Assembly (NCBI RefSeq): GCF_009914755.1
Contig: NC_060941.1
From: the human T2T-CHM13v2.0 reference genome, Homo sapiens
Direction: 5' to 3' (one strand)
Length of the DNA stretch: 64,000 nucleotides
Below are positions 1 through 15,197 of the stretch, in pieces (the first letter of the stretch is position 1; each line of letters starts with the position of its first letter). Position numbers and translations under genes: made by a program. The notes beneath the pieces are model-generated. The model was not told where the DNA came from. It ran no database searches and saw only the letters and a list, made by a program, of their open reading frames with translations.

Positions 1-666
1 TACATGGCTTTTCAAGAGAATAAATATTTCTTTTAAAACACCAAATACAAAGTCCTTAAAAATAAGTAAACAATATTATTTTAAAAATACAAAGATGTTT
101 ATTATTAATTTACAATATTTTTAACTATGCAGAATTTTTATGTAAAAATATTTTTAAATTATTTGAACATCAGAAAAATACATATATAATAATCTACCTT
201 TTGATTTTCCTCCTATATCATAGATGCTTATCTGGTCCAAAATATGGTTTCTTTCAACTAATTGTCTCAATACACTTTAACACCACTGTGTGTAAAAAGT
301 TCCATTTAAGAGTACAAATTATGTTGTGTCTCACGTAGGAAATGAAGCTAGAAATTGTATAAAGCAATCTTTACAGCAAAAGCATAAATTAATTCAATTT
401 TTATTTCCCATGTAAAGCTTCATGTATTTTAAAATAGAGTTTTAAGACATTTTATGTACTAAATGTTCTTACAATGAAAGATGTAATATATTCTTATTAT
501 TTAAAGGATGTCCAGGTTAAAAAAAAAAACAAAAAAAACTGGCAGTTGATTTTCTTTTTGCTCCTCCATCTCCAGGTAATCAGTGTATAAAACTTAGTAT
601 GTGTTTTTCTACAACTTTATCCTTGTTCAAACAATTATACACAAACAATTATATAATACTTACTAA

Positions 667-955
<289 letters not shown>

Positions 956-979
956 TACAGCACAGAGCTACTGTTTTAT

Positions 980-1785
980 GTCTTTTTATTATAATTGTTT
1001 TATACTGGAACAGTTTAAAACTAACTGAAGCTGTAAAAATGATACAGAGAGATTCCATGAGCCCTTTGTTCAACTTTACATGACCACAGTACATTCTCAA
1101 AGTGAGGGTATTGCCATTGGTATAATACTGTTAACTACCAAGCTGCAGACTTCATTTGAGTTTTACCAGTTTGTACATGCACTTTTTTACTGTATATTTC
1201 TCTGAAATTTTATTATATGTGTAGATTCATGTAACTATCACTGCAACCCGGATACAGAACTCTTTCGTCAACACCAAAAAACTTCCTCATCTTACCCATT
1301 AGTAGTCACACTCTCCCCACAACTGTAACCCCTGGCAACCACTGATTTGTTTTCCATCATTACAACTGTATTACTTTGAGAATATTACATAAGCAGAATC
1401 GTGGAGAATTTAACCTTTTGCGATTCCCTTTTTTGGTTCTGTATAATGCCCTCGAGGTTCACTCAAGTGGTTGTGTGCAATAATTTGCACACTAATTGCT
1501 GAGTAATATCCCATTGCATGGTTGTACCAGTTTTTATAGCCACTCATCCATAGAAGGTCATTTCAGTTGTTCCTAGTTTTTGGTTATTACAAGCAAAGCT
1601 GTTATGAACATCTGTGTACAGGTTTCAGTAAGAACACACATTTTCATTTCTCTAAGATAAACACCCAGTAGTGGGATTGCTAGATTATATGATAGGTATA
1701 TATCTACCTTTATAAAAAACTACCATAGACTTTTCTAGAGTGCCTGTATCATTTTGCATTCACATAAGCAATATATGATTCACAT
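980..1785 (-). mobile_element. Old L1 (L1MC/MB-type) 3' fragment
   Basis: Antisense L1M 3' motifs: CCCTGGCAACCACTGATTTG, GCTGTTATGAACATCTGTGTACAGG, CCCAGTAGTGGGATTGCT. Confidence 0.85.
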
Positions 1786-2002
1786 CTTTTAAATCTGTAT
1801 CCTTTATATAAAATTAGGTGCTTGTTATGTAATTTCAAATCACATTTTAAAAATTCCTTGAGTATTCTTTGAAATCATTATTTTATTATCTGCGAACTAT
1901 TTTATCATGTGGATATACCACAATATATTCGATCAAACCACTTATTACTAGATATTCAATTTTCAAATTTTTGTTAGGAGAATTATCATTATGATCAATA
2001 TC

Positions 2003-2490
2003 TGTATTAGTCAGAGATTGGCCGGGAAATGAGAAATCACGCTAGGTATTTTAGAAGGAATTTAATCTAGGGAATTTACGATAGAGGAGGAGCTGAAAAA
2101 CCAGTCACTGAGCAACCCAGCATCTAGAGAGAGCAGGAGGTTGCTATCAACCCTGGAGGAGGAGTGATAATATGGGGAAGGCAAACTACTGAGTGGGAAC
2201 TGGAAATATGACAAGAACTGCTTGGAAAGTACTGGAAACACAAGAGATTTCTGTCTACTAGCAGCTGAGGCATAGAAAAGACAGAACTGCTTCCGTTTAG
2301 GTCACAAAAGCAGAGACAGAGTTGAGAAGTATCTTGGGTTCTCCCTTCCTCTGATCTGCTTTTCTGCCAGTGCCTTCTACAGCAAAAACTATCCAGAAAC
2401 CTGAGGACAAGAGAGCCTGGGAACAGTTTCCCAGCCTTGGGAAAAGCCTGAGCAGTTTCCTCAGAATGGCAAAGGTGGGTGTGAATTGAT
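2003..2490 (-). mobile_element. Ancient MaLR/ERVL-type LTR fragment
   Basis: Begins TGTATTAGTCAG...AATTTAAT, typical of antisense MLT-type LTR ends; highly diverged. Confidence 0.5.
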
Positions 2491-2752
2491 AGCAAACAAG
2501 TCTGACGTTGAAGAGCATGTCATCCTTGCACACAAGTGTTTTTGATTATTTGCTTAGGATGCATGCTTAGAGATGGAGCTGTAGAACGAGCAGATCAAAA
2601 GAAAAACCATTTTGAGGGCTTTGATATGTATTTGGTATGTATCACTAAGGTGTCCTCTGGAGAAACTGCACCATTTGCCCATGCCTCAGAGTCCCTGGCA
2701 CTGAAACTGCCATTGGAAACAATACCCCAGTGTGACAGAAAAATAAATTATT

Positions 2753-3070
<318 letters not shown>

Positions 3071-3154
3071 TTAATGTCTTTTACCAAGACTTTATCCTTT
3101 TCATGAGAATTGATGGCTGACATTCTTTCTTATTTCCTTTTAGATGTTTACTCA

Positions 3155-3875
3155 TTTTAAAAGCAGGTTTATTGAGGTATAATTGACATATGACAAACTG
3201 CACATATTTAAAGTGAAAAATTTGATAAATTTTGCTGTATATATACACCGATAGAACCATCAACATCAAGAAAATGAATATATCCATCAGCTTCTAAACT
3301 TTTCTCTTGCCCCTTTATAATTCTCCCTTCCACCTCTGTGCACCTGCCCATACTATCATCAGGCAACCACTGATCCACTGTGTGTCACTCTAGATAGCTT
3401 TGCATTTTCTGGGAACTTATATCAAATTGAATCATATAGGCTATTCCCTCTACCTCTGTCTCACTCTCATTTTTTGTTCTGGCTTATTTCACTCATCATG
3501 ATTATTTTGAGATTTATCCGTGTCTTTTTTTGTTCATTTAGTTTTATTCCTGAGTAGTATTCTATTATATAGATGGACCACGTCATCCATCTACCTTTTG
3601 ATGGACACTTGGGCTGGTTCCAGTTTTTGGCTAGCACAAATAAAACTGCTATGAACGTTTGTGTGCAAGCACATGCATGGACAAATGCTTTTTATTTCTC
3701 TTGGATAAATAATTAGAGTGGAATGAAAAGTATATGTTTAACTTTTAAGAAACTGCCAACTGGCTGTTTCAAAGCAGTTGTGGCATTTCATATTCCCTGT
3801 GGCGTCTGAGAATTCCAGTCTCTCCTCATCTCTGCCAATGCTTGGCATAGTCAGTCTTTTATATATTTAAACATT
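3155..3875 (-). mobile_element. Old L1 (L1MB/MC-type) 3' end
   Basis: TTTATTGAGGTATAATTGACATA...AGGCAACCACTGATC...GATGGACACTTGGGCTGGTTCCAG. Confidence 0.85.
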
Positions 3876-4827
3876 TTTCCTCATGTATGTTGCAAATGTC
3901 TTATTGTTTTGAAAGAGCTGCTTTTTTTAGCTCCCGTTTGATTATTCCATTCTCAGTGTGGGCTATGTATTTTATCAGGTTTTCTAGGTTGGTTCCTGGC
4001 CTGAGTTTACCTTGGTCCCACCCAACAAATTCCTCATTTCCCTCAGGGATTTCACAAAACTCTGGGTTCTTCTACAAAAGAGATCATTCCCATTATCTTC
4101 ATGGCTCCTCAAAATAATCATGAATTTTTGTAAGGTAGAAAGCAAGCTAGTGTAATATCACAACGTGGTACTCTCAGTTTCTTCTAAGTGTTTTTATATT
4201 GCCCCCAGTTTTTGGTCAGAGACAAGGTCTACAACTTCAAACATGGCCCTCATAGGCAGTTGCACAGTCAAACTTCATTTCTCATGACAGCGATACCCAA
4301 ATGCAGGATGTAAAGCATCTGATAAACAACACCAAATTCTGGATGTATTCCCCATGTCACAATGGCACATTTGCAAACTGAGTTGCAGAGTTAGCCGTAG
4401 GGAACTTCTCATTGGTCTCCAATGTAAATGTAAAAATGTAGCTCTCTGAACAACCATAACTGTTGATTTGTGGTATGTGTTTGGAAAGCAAAGCATTTAG
4501 GCACTGACCCAAATGTAAAGTGGAAATAAGGCCTACAAGGCAGATGTTTACTATCCTCAAACAAATGGACCATAGGGCTCCATGGATACTCCAGCTGTTG
4601 ATTTGATCCAGTTTCAGAGAAAGAGAGTTCCTTCATACAAAATCACATTTGCTTTTGCAAAAACATGGTTATGAGTGAAAAAGACATTGCCTTTTAGAAA
4701 TATAATCTGATGATGATTTGTTTGGAAATACATTGAGTCCAAGCTCCTTCCCCACTCTCACAGGGAACAGAATAGCATTTTCTAAGTAAGTGAATTAGGT
4801 TATTGGAATGTATGTTACATATATTAA

Positions 4828-5900
4828 AAATTCATTTAGCAAAAAATTATTGATAATGTATGTCATACACTTTGAAACATAATCTTTGGACTCATGTAGC
4901 TTAGATTATAGAAGTAGAAGATGGATGTTATCTGAAGAAGATACAAACAGATATATAATTAAAATGGAGATGAATGTTTCCATGGGAAAGTACAGAGTGT
5001 TATGTAAAGGTATATATCTGGGACTTGCCCTCGTCTGGGGTTTTCTCTGAGAAATGATATTTGATTTGAAACTTGAATGATAATTAACTGAATGAAGAGA
5101 TGAGAAAGTGAATTCTAGTCAGAGGAAACAGCATACCCAAAGGCCCTGTATCAGGAGGGAACAGGGCCCTCTTAGTCCCTGAAGAAGGCCAGTGTAGATG
5201 GCATGAAAAGGAGGGTGATAGAAAAGGCAGGCAGGGGGCTGACACTGAGGGCTTTATTGACCATGTTAAGTTGCTTTGGTTTTGTCCCAAAAGAATTAGA
5301 AAAGTCACTAAAGGGTTTGAAGTGATGGTGATTCATCTGATTTCTGTTGCTGAAAGATTGTTCTGGCTGCGTTGTGGAGAGCTGTTTAGAGTGGCATCTG
5401 ATTGAAAGCAAAGAGACCTGAAAGCAGGCTGGGGCAGGAAAACCCCGGGTGCCAGAAGAGCAGGTTTGGAAGTTCAATTCAGTTTCAGTCATGATGAGTT
5501 TCAGGTGACTTTGAGGCACTCTGAGGGAAGACAAATGGGCAGAGATATGTGTGGCTCTGGAGCTCAGAAGAAAGACCTGAGTTCGAATGATGCATGTGGC
5601 TGTCACTGTCACACAGATGGTGGCAGAAGCTGTTGGTAGGTATGCCTTGGACTTCATAGACTTTACAGAATTGAGAGTAGGCTTAAAACCAAATCATGAC
5701 GGATCTCAGTATTTAATGTCTGGATATTTAGGGCTTGCGAGGTCAGGAGAATGAGAAGTGTTCTGGAGGGTGGGGAAGTATCAAGGGAATGTGGCATCAT
5801 GAAAATCAAGGGAGAAAAGTGTCTTCAGAAGAGGGTGGTTAAGAGCATCACCAATTGCTGAGAGGTTAAGAACTATGAGGCCTAAAAAATAATGTACTAA
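4828..5900 (-). mobile_element. L2 LINE fragment
   Basis: Antisense L2 tail (ATTCATTTAGCAAAAAATTATTG), then AGAGGAAACAGCATACCCAAAGGCCC and other L2 motifs. Confidence 0.8.
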
Positions 5901-6334
5901 GTTTAAAGTATTTTATCCATTCTTATTAAAACAGGTAGGTTTGTTTTACCCCTATAAGTTTGTTTTGTGCTATATCCTTGTTATTTCCTTTAAGTTACGT
6001 TTTGGTCTATATGGATTTTTGTTGTTGTTGTTGCTGTGACATTTTTCTGTGTTTTGGAAAGAATATATATTGCATATAGTGGTATATATATTTTTAAATC
6101 TAGGTTTAATTTCCACTTTTCCTAATTGCTAGAGTCATTCAATAAGTATTCTTAAGTCCCCTTATAAAAAATGAGAAATTAAGCAATTTATATGGTTTCT
6201 TCCTGCTTTCTGTATCTATTGTGCAAAAAAATGATATCATCTGGGATTATTTAGTACATTTCACATTTTCTGTTCTAAGAATTTTTTTACATTTACTTTT
6301 TTTGCATTTGCAACAAATAAGCATTCTGTGTATG

Positions 6335-6519
6335 TTTATTTTTCTTTCATTTTCTCTTTTCTCTCTTTCTTTTTCTTTTCTTTTCTTTATCTCTCTCTTT
6401 CTTTCTTTCTTCCTCCCTCCTTCCTTCCTTCTTTCCTTCCTTCCTTCCTTCCTTCCTTCCTTCCTTCCTTCCTTCCTTCCTTCTTTGCTTCCTTGCTTTC
6501 TTTCTTGGTTTCTTTTTTT
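6335..6519. repeat. CT-rich tract with (TTCC)12 microsatellite; expanded Alu tail
   Basis: 12 perfect TTCC units at 6433-6480 within a pyrimidine tract. Confidence 0.95.
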
Positions 6520-6602
6520 ATAGGGTCCTTTTCTGTCACCCAGGCTGGAGTGCAGTGGTGCAATCATTGCTTACTGCAACCTTATACTCCCGGGCTCAAG
6601 CC
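6520..6602 (-). mobile_element. Alu right-arm fragment (AluJ/FRAM-like)
   Basis: CTGTCACCCAGGCTGGAGTGCAGTGGTGCAATCATTGCTTACTGCAACC...GGGCTCAAG. Confidence 0.85.
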
Positions 6603-9002
6603 ATACCATACCATATCTGCCTTACATCTTTTAGGCCATATCTGCCTCATTCTTGTCGTCTGCATTTTTTTCATTTCTTGATTAGATTGCATCTTTAATT
6701 ATATTTAAATAAAAATATTTTAAATGTTTGGATTATAACATAGTTCTCAAAACAAAATCCAAATAATGTAGAAGTATAGACAATGAAAAATGAAAGGTCT
6801 TTACACTTCCACCCCCAGGACAGAACCACAATTAAAGACACAATTTCTTAGTTTCTTTTTTCTTTGAAAACACATGGGATGGGGATGTCTAGATTTTAGC
6901 CTACTTGGCAATTTGCGGCCCTATTTAATGTGAAATTTGTATCTCTCTAAACTTGTAACTGTTCATCCCTGGAAAATTCTACTTTGATGATTTCTTTTCC
7001 ATCTTTTCACTCTTTCTGCAACCCTTTCAGCTGGTTATGAAATCATCTTCAGTTCTCAACCTACATCAGGTAACACAGTTCTACACCACCTTCCCTCAGT
7101 TCCACCTAGTTGTTGCAAGTTGCTATCCTGGAATGGATTCAGGCGTCGGGACTGAATAGATACAGTGATCCGTAATATGGCTGCCTAAAAAGTGACACCC
7201 CTGTGAGAAAGGGATGGCCACCTGGTGTTCTGACTGGTGTAGCCCTAGATTTCTGAGTTGTTTGCAGAAAATTGGAAATGAAGAATCTTCTTCATTTGTC
7301 GGAGGTTTGCAGGAGGTCTCTGTTTCAGGTGAAAAAGTCAAGATATATGTTTCTCAATTGAGTTCTATGAGTCTCATAGTCAGGAGTGACTCCTTCAGGT
7401 TTCAGGCATTTATATTGCCTATCTTTTTCAGTATAGTTGCACATTTTTATATTTCTGAATTTTGGATTATTTCAATGGACTGCCTTAGGCTTAGTATTTT
7501 AAATGGGAAATCTCCAAACATGTTTATTGAGTACAGATTATAGAAGTGACACATGATTAACCTCCTTTATTTAAAATGTATATGTGAAGAATGATAAGAG
7601 AAAGGTACAAATCTCCCGATTTTATATCAAAATAATATTTTTGCCATTCTGGTAACTTTTTCCCTTGTCTTAGAGTTTACTACAGACAAAAAAAAAAATC
7701 CCCTTAAAATATCTATTGCTTTGCCGTTTTTAAGTAGCAGTGAACTGGCCTACAAATTTATTCTAACTGCATCCACAGCTTTTTGCTCTCACAACTGTCC
7801 TGCTGGAATCGATAAACTGTTGATTAAAAACCTTGTTACTTAATACATTTAGTAAGCTTAAACTGTTTTTTAGAAACCTAATCACTTTCATGTCACTAGC
7901 TGCAGGGATAGAGACAAAAGCTGTGGCTAATTATTAACAACTTCACAAAGCTGATATTGAATTTCTAATGTATCCCAAATGCCCGTTTTCTCTGATTTGT
8001 TCCTGTGTCCCGCTAGCTAGCACATTGCTAGCTTGGAGAATTGCTTCATGTCTAAGATCCTAAGGTTTCAGAAAAACTTGAAACAGTAGCAGATTCTCTG
8101 GTCATTTTGAAACAGTCTTGTACTGTTGCAACATCTGGATACCAAGGGGAATAATCGCTGGCTGGTAGACCGCCAACAGCATCCTCATACACCACCTGCT
8201 TCAAGATGGCTGACTCCCAGCGGCTGAGTAAAGAGGAGGAAGAGGATCAGAATTGCCTTGTAGAACAGCCACCCTGGTTCAGACATATTCTAACTCTGAG
8301 ATATCTGTCTCCTCCCTTGAATTCTCTCCTGAGCCCCAGAACTGTATTTCCAATGGCCAAATACACAAATATTCCCCAAGTTGCAGGGGACCACAGCTAT
8401 CTGCCTGAAACACTATATTGAGAATTGGAGACTAGAGACTGAGAATTTGAAGTGAAAACCCGTTGTCAATCTGTCCCTGGGGTTATGTCCCGGGAGTGAA
8501 GGTGAAATAATTAAGGCATCCAATTAAGTTGGCGTTTATTGGTGAATGCTCTGACTTCTGAGTAGCTCACCTGCGTATGTCATATAATCTTAGAAAGAGC
8601 ATGCTGGAATCATTATGCTTCAGTCATGAGTCTCACTGGTAGAACAAGGTCTAAGGGCAAGACAGAAAGATCATTTTCCCCTGAAATCTGCCTATCTCAT
8701 TAGCCTTTTCATGGGTGATAAAACTTCTCCTTCTCTCCAAATATGCAGGGGTCCCATGGCTATCAATACTAAGCATGCCATTTCCATTATTGTTATAAAT
8801 TATGTGCCAAGTCCCTGGAGACCCTTGTCCCAAGGTACAGATACTTACTGAAGATGAACTATTATATGACAGCACAAGCGAAAAGGAACTTCAGGAAGTA
8901 AAACTAACAGACATTTTAATAAACCATTAATCCATTTAACATGTGTAAAATGGCAATTCCAGAAAGTGGAGTACCTAGTTCACAATGATTATTCCTGAAA
9001 TT

Positions 9003-9046
9003 ACACCACACACACAAACGCACACGCCCCCACACACACACACATA
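9003..9046. repeat. Imperfect (CA)n microsatellite
   Basis: Interrupted CA run. Confidence 0.8.
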
Positions 9047-9797
9047 CCCCTCCCAAGTAAATATGACCAAGAGTTTAATATTCTAATTTTTCTTAATGGC
9101 TTTTGTTTGATTTTTCTACCTTTTCTAATTTTTCCAATTGAATAATGTATTAGATTCTGCCCATCCCCCCAGATTAGTTTTTGGTTTTCTATTTTTCGGG
9201 ATCTGAAATGCAACAGAACTAAAAGTTGACCCTGCTAGTTGTATAACAAAGATACTGTAGAATTATATTATCAAATTATTTATAAGTCTATATTTATAAT
9301 GGCATTGGAGGTACTTGGTTAAAATTTGATAAAGTTGCCACAAAATGAGATTGGTACTCCTATCAAAGTGCTGTGCATTACATGCTTTGGTCAAATGACC
9401 AAATCAGCTCCACAATTTTACACAAAATGTTTATTTCAAAATACTTATTTAAACAACTCATCTTATATCTTTACTTTCTATCACCAATCACTGTCTTGAA
9501 GGTATTTGACGTAAATATAAATAGTTATAAATGAAACTAATACATAAATAAGGCCAATTTCCTTCCTAAAAGCTAAATATTAGTTTTCTTTCATCCCATG
9601 AAATTTTAAGAAGAAAAGTACTCTTCCTCAACAAACAATGAAAGAATTTGTTGCTGGCTGATCTGCCTTACAAGCAATACCAAAGGAAGTCTTTCAGCTG
9701 AGAAGGAAAAATACCAGATGGTAACTCAGATCTGTATGAAGAAATGAAGAACACTATAAATGGTAAGGGAATAGTGAACATATAAGATTGCATAAAA

Positions 9798-10197
<400 letters not shown>

Positions 10198-11079
10198 TTA
10201 CCTGAATTGTTAGTATTAATTTGAAGTACATTGTGATAAACTAAGATGCAAATTACTATTCCTGGAGAAACTACTAAAAAATATAAAAATATTTATAGCT
10301 GAAAAAGACGAAAGAAAGTAATACACTAAAAATAGTCATTTAATTTAAAAGGCAGCAAAAAAGGGATAAATACATGAGACATATAGCAAACAAAATAGTA
10401 TAATCACAGATGTAAATCTACCCATTTTGAAGATTCTATTGAAAGGTGAATTAAATAAACAATTCAATCAAATGGCAGATTGTTAGACTTAATTAAAAAC
10501 AAACAAACAAATAGGATCCAAATAGATGCCTTCTGTAACAGATACATTTTCGATTTTAAGAAGTTGAAAGCAACATCCAACAGTAAGAGATATAAAATAT
10601 TTATATAAATAACAGACAAAATAGGCTTGAAGACTACAAATATGACTAGAGACAATAGGGCTATAGCATATGAATAAAAGGATCAATTCATCAGAAATAT
10701 ATAATAATTATAAGTGCATACACAACTAAAACAGAACCCCAAAATACATTAAGCAAAAGTTGACAGAACTGAAAGGAGCAATAGATAATGCAACAATAAT
10801 AAACTTTAATATTCCACTGTCAATAATTAATAAAACAGCTAGACAGAAAATCAGCAAGAATATATGGGATTTGAACAACACTATCAACTACTTTGACCTA
10901 ACAGACATTTATAGAACAGTCCACACAATGACAGGAGAATACACATTGTCTCAAGTGCCAATGAAACATTCTCTAGGATAGACCATAAAACCATTAACAA
11001 ATTTAAGAGGATTCAAATAATAAAAAAATAAGTTCTTTGGCTACAATGGAATTAAAGAGCAATGAAAAACAACAATGGA

Positions 11080-11242
11080 TGCTTGAGGGGATGGATATGC
11101 CATTCTCCATGATGTGCTTATTTCACATTGTATGCCTGTATTATAACAACTGTTGTACCCCATAAATATTTATATATATATATATATACACCAACCATGT
11201 CCCCACAAAAATTAAAAAATAAACAAAATTTGAAAAAAGTAA
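11080..11242 (+). mobile_element. Short L1MA1/2-type 3' end inserted in the older L1
   Basis: TGCTTGAGGGGATGGATATGCCATTCTCCATGATGTG...CCCACAAAAATTAAAAA; TSD AACAATGGA at 11071-11079 and 11243-11251. Confidence 0.85.
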
Positions 11243-13662
11243 AACAATGGAAAGAAAACTGGAAATCTTCAAAGACTTAAATAAACCAAGGGTAAAGAAA
11301 AAAATTACAATGGAAACTAGGAAATATTTTGAACTGAATGAAGATAAAAACACAATATATCAGAATTTGTGAGATGCAGCTAAGTTTAGAGGAAAATTTA
11401 GTGCTTTAAATGCCTATATTAGGAAAGAAAAAAGATCTCAAATTAGTAACTTGAGCTTCTACTTTAAGAAACTAGAAAAAGAAACAGCAAACTAAGCCAA
11501 AAGCTAACAGAAACAAGGAAATACTCAAGACTAGAGGATACATCAATGAAATTACTAACAACATAACAGAAGTTAAAAGGATTACAAAGAAATAGTATCA
11601 CCAAATTTAGGCCAATAAGATAACTTAGACAAAATTGAAAAATTCTTAAAAGGATTCAAATTACCAACATGAGTAAAAGAAGACATAGAAAATCCAAATG
11701 GACCTATTACAAATAAAAAGCTGACTTAGTAACTAAACTCTCACAAAGAAAAGTCATATTCAGCAGGTTTTGCAGATGAATTTTATTAAATATTTAAATA
11801 AGAAATAATATCAGTATATTTTTTTACAAACACATTCATGAGTCAAAAGAGGAGGAAGAACTTCTTATTTATCCTGGGGTAATATTAACTTAATATGAAA
11901 GTCAAAAAAGACATCACAAGAGTGGAAAACTACAGGCTAATAGTCTTCATGAATATACACACAAAATTTTTAAAAGAAATATTAGCAACCTCAATCCAGC
12001 AATATATAGATAGGATTACACACTATGGCCAAAAGGGGGTTTGTCCCAGAAAGCAAAATTGCTTTAAGATCTAAAAATCAATTAATGTTGTATACCAATT
12101 ATTAATGGAATAATAGACAAAAACGCACAATTATCCAAATAGACTAAAAAAAGTATTTGACAAAACTTGATACTTATTTATGATAAAAGCCCTTAACGAA
12201 CTAGGAATAGAAAGAGAAAAAAAAATCTATGAAATATCTGCAGCTAATATTATACTTAAAGGTGAAAGACTGAATACTTTCCCTCTAAAACTGGGGACAA
12301 AGTAAGGATGATTCTTTCACTGTTTACCATCAAACATTGTATTTGAGGTTCTATCCAATGTAATAAGGCAGGAACAAGAAATTGAAGGCATGTGGATTAG
12401 AAACGAAGAAATAAAATCATATTATTCATGTACCATTTGACCTGAATGTAGAAAATTCAAGAAATTCATTAAAAATCTACTAGAAATAATAAATGTTTTC
12501 AGCAAAGTTATAGGATACAAGATCAAAATATAAATATCAATTGTATTTCTATATGCTAGTAATAAATAATTTGAAGTTAAGAAAATAGTTTAGTTCAAAT
12601 CACATAAAAACTAAGAAGAATAATGTTAGCACATGAATTACAAGAGTTTTACACTGAAAACTATAAATCTTTGCTGAGAGAAATTAAAGAAGATTTAAAT
12701 AAATGGAAAGGCGCAGTGTGTTCATGAATTGGAAGACTCAATATTGTAACGATAATGACTCACTGAAGTTGACTTGTAGATTTAACACAATTCTCATGAA
12801 AATCTTATATATAACACAGTATAATCCCTTATCAAAATACCAGTAGGTTTTGTGTAAACCTTGACAAGAAGATCCTAAAATATATATGGGAATGCAAAGG
12901 ACCAAGAATAGCCAAAACAATTTTGAAAAAGAACAGAATTAGAGGATTTTTATTACCCTATTTAAAACATATTGTAAACCTGCAGTGTTTGAGACAGTGT
13001 GCTCCTGGCATAAGAAGAGGCATTCTAGTTCAATCATACAGAATTGAGAGTCCAGAAATAAATTCTTGCATTTAGTTCAATGTGTTTATGACAAGGTGCC
13101 AAGGCAATTCAATGAGCAAGAATAATCTTTGTAACAAATATTGGACAATTGGACATCCAATGGACAATTGGATAGTCACAGAAAAAGCTGTGAATTTAAA
13201 CTCTTACCTTACACCATAAATATACATTTACTCAAAATGAATCATATACCTAAGTGTAAAGAGCTGAACTATAAAAATTCTAGAACAAAATCTTATGAAC
13301 TTGGTTTAGACAATTCATTCTTAACTATAACACTGGAAGCATAAAGATGAAGAAAAAAATTAAGCTTCGTTAAAGTTTAAGAACATAAAAATACAATGCT
13401 GAAACGAGAAAAATAGTTACAATCATATATCTAATAAGAGATTTGTATCCAGCATATAAAAACATTTACAACTTAATATGAAGACACACAACCCAATTTT
13501 TAAAATAGATAAAAGATTTGAATATAGATTTCACCAAGAAGATATACGACTGGCTAATAAGTACATGAAAAGATGCTCAGCATCATTAGTCATTAGGAAA
13601 ATATAAATTAAAATCATATGATACCACTTTACACTCACGAGGATGGCTGTAAGAAAAAAGTC

Positions 13663-13962
<300 letters not shown>

Positions 13963-14524
13963 AAGAAAAAAGTCAAAAGGAGAATAACAGGTGTTGGAGA
14001 GGATATGGAGACACAGGAACATTGCTGGTGGGAATATGAGATGGCACAGCCATTTTGAAAAACAGTTTGAGAGTTTTCCAAAAAGTTAAACTGTGGATTA
14101 GAAAGTAAGAAAGAAAATCATCGTATTCATAGACTATTTGACCTGAATATAGAAAATTCAAGAAATTCACGAAAAATCTACTAGAAGTAATAAATATGTT
14201 CAGCGAAGTTAAAGGCTACAAGAAACCACATACTATCTACAAACAGGTATCTACTCAAGAGAAATGAAAATATGTGCTTCCAAGAAAGATATGTGTGTAA
14301 ATATTCATAATCTTGTGATACATCATAGCTAAAAACTAAAACTTCCATATGTCAGCCAATTGGCAAATAAATAAAACATAGAATATCCATACAATGAAAT
14401 ATTAGCAATAAACCCCCAAAAATTATTGATACATACTAAATATGGGTAAATATGGATAAACCATAGTCAGGCACAGCCAAGGTGAATCAAAACCCCAAGT
14501 TGCTGAAAAGGCCCAAGAATAGGA

Positions 14525-14680
14525 ATTGGAAAATGAGTGTTTGAGTTGTGGCTCTGCCACCTGCTGTCTGAGGAAGCTTCAGTGAGTCGGGCAACTAACT
14601 GGAAGAGCTTCAATATATTCACTTAAAACATGAATGGCTTGAACTAAATTGCGTCTAACCTTCCAACCATAATATCATAA
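14525..14680 (+). mobile_element. MIR/MIR3 fragment
   Basis: GTGTTTGAGTTGTGGCTCTGCCAC core and MIR3-like tail. Confidence 0.5.
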
Positions 14681-14721
14681 TATAATATTTAAAACATTCA
14701 TATTTAATTTAACAATGTATC

Positions 14722-15197
14722 TGTAGGCAATGTCATTCTACCCTCCAACATAATTTTTACTCTTCTCCCGTTTTGCAGTAGCCACACATGTAGGGGTGGA
14801 TTGAGCCTACCTTCTGGCCACTGCAGTTGGTTCGGTGATGTGAACTAGAATCCAAGCCTAAGCCAGTTGTTTGTTGCTTGTCATTTTGCTGGACAGAGAA
14901 CTGTTTCTAAAGCTCAGGATGTCTCTCTCTGTCTCCTGGAATTTCAACTATAAGGCTTGTCTTGAATTGCTGCTGGCGTCTCTGCCCCACAACTGGAAGC
15001 CAACCTGAGGGCACAGCTGAAGTGTAGAGAAAAGCAGAGGAGAGAGGCATGCAGAGCAATAGTGCTAAGGGCCTTGATCAAGCCATGTCTGAAGCCAAAC
15101 ATATCTCCAGATATTTTATTCCCATGATTAAGTATATGCCTCTTATTATTTAAGAGCATTCTCTATTACTTGCAATCACATGTATTATGTCTGATAA
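14722..15197 (+). mobile_element. MaLR LTR (MLT1J/K/L-like)
   Basis: CCTTGATCAAGCCATGTCTGAAGCC...TTACTTGCAATCAC, typical late-MLT1 3' portion. Confidence 0.7.

Noticed and set aside
4130-4640. Unique-looking segment with overlapping short ORFs (possible exon or pseudogene)
   Set aside because: No translation resembles a protein I recognise; no A-tail, TSD or convincing splice pair.
10760-10981. ORF with endonuclease-like sequence
   Set aside because: Decayed L1 ORF2 fragment. The GDFN motif is broken and stops surround it, so it is not a functional CDS.
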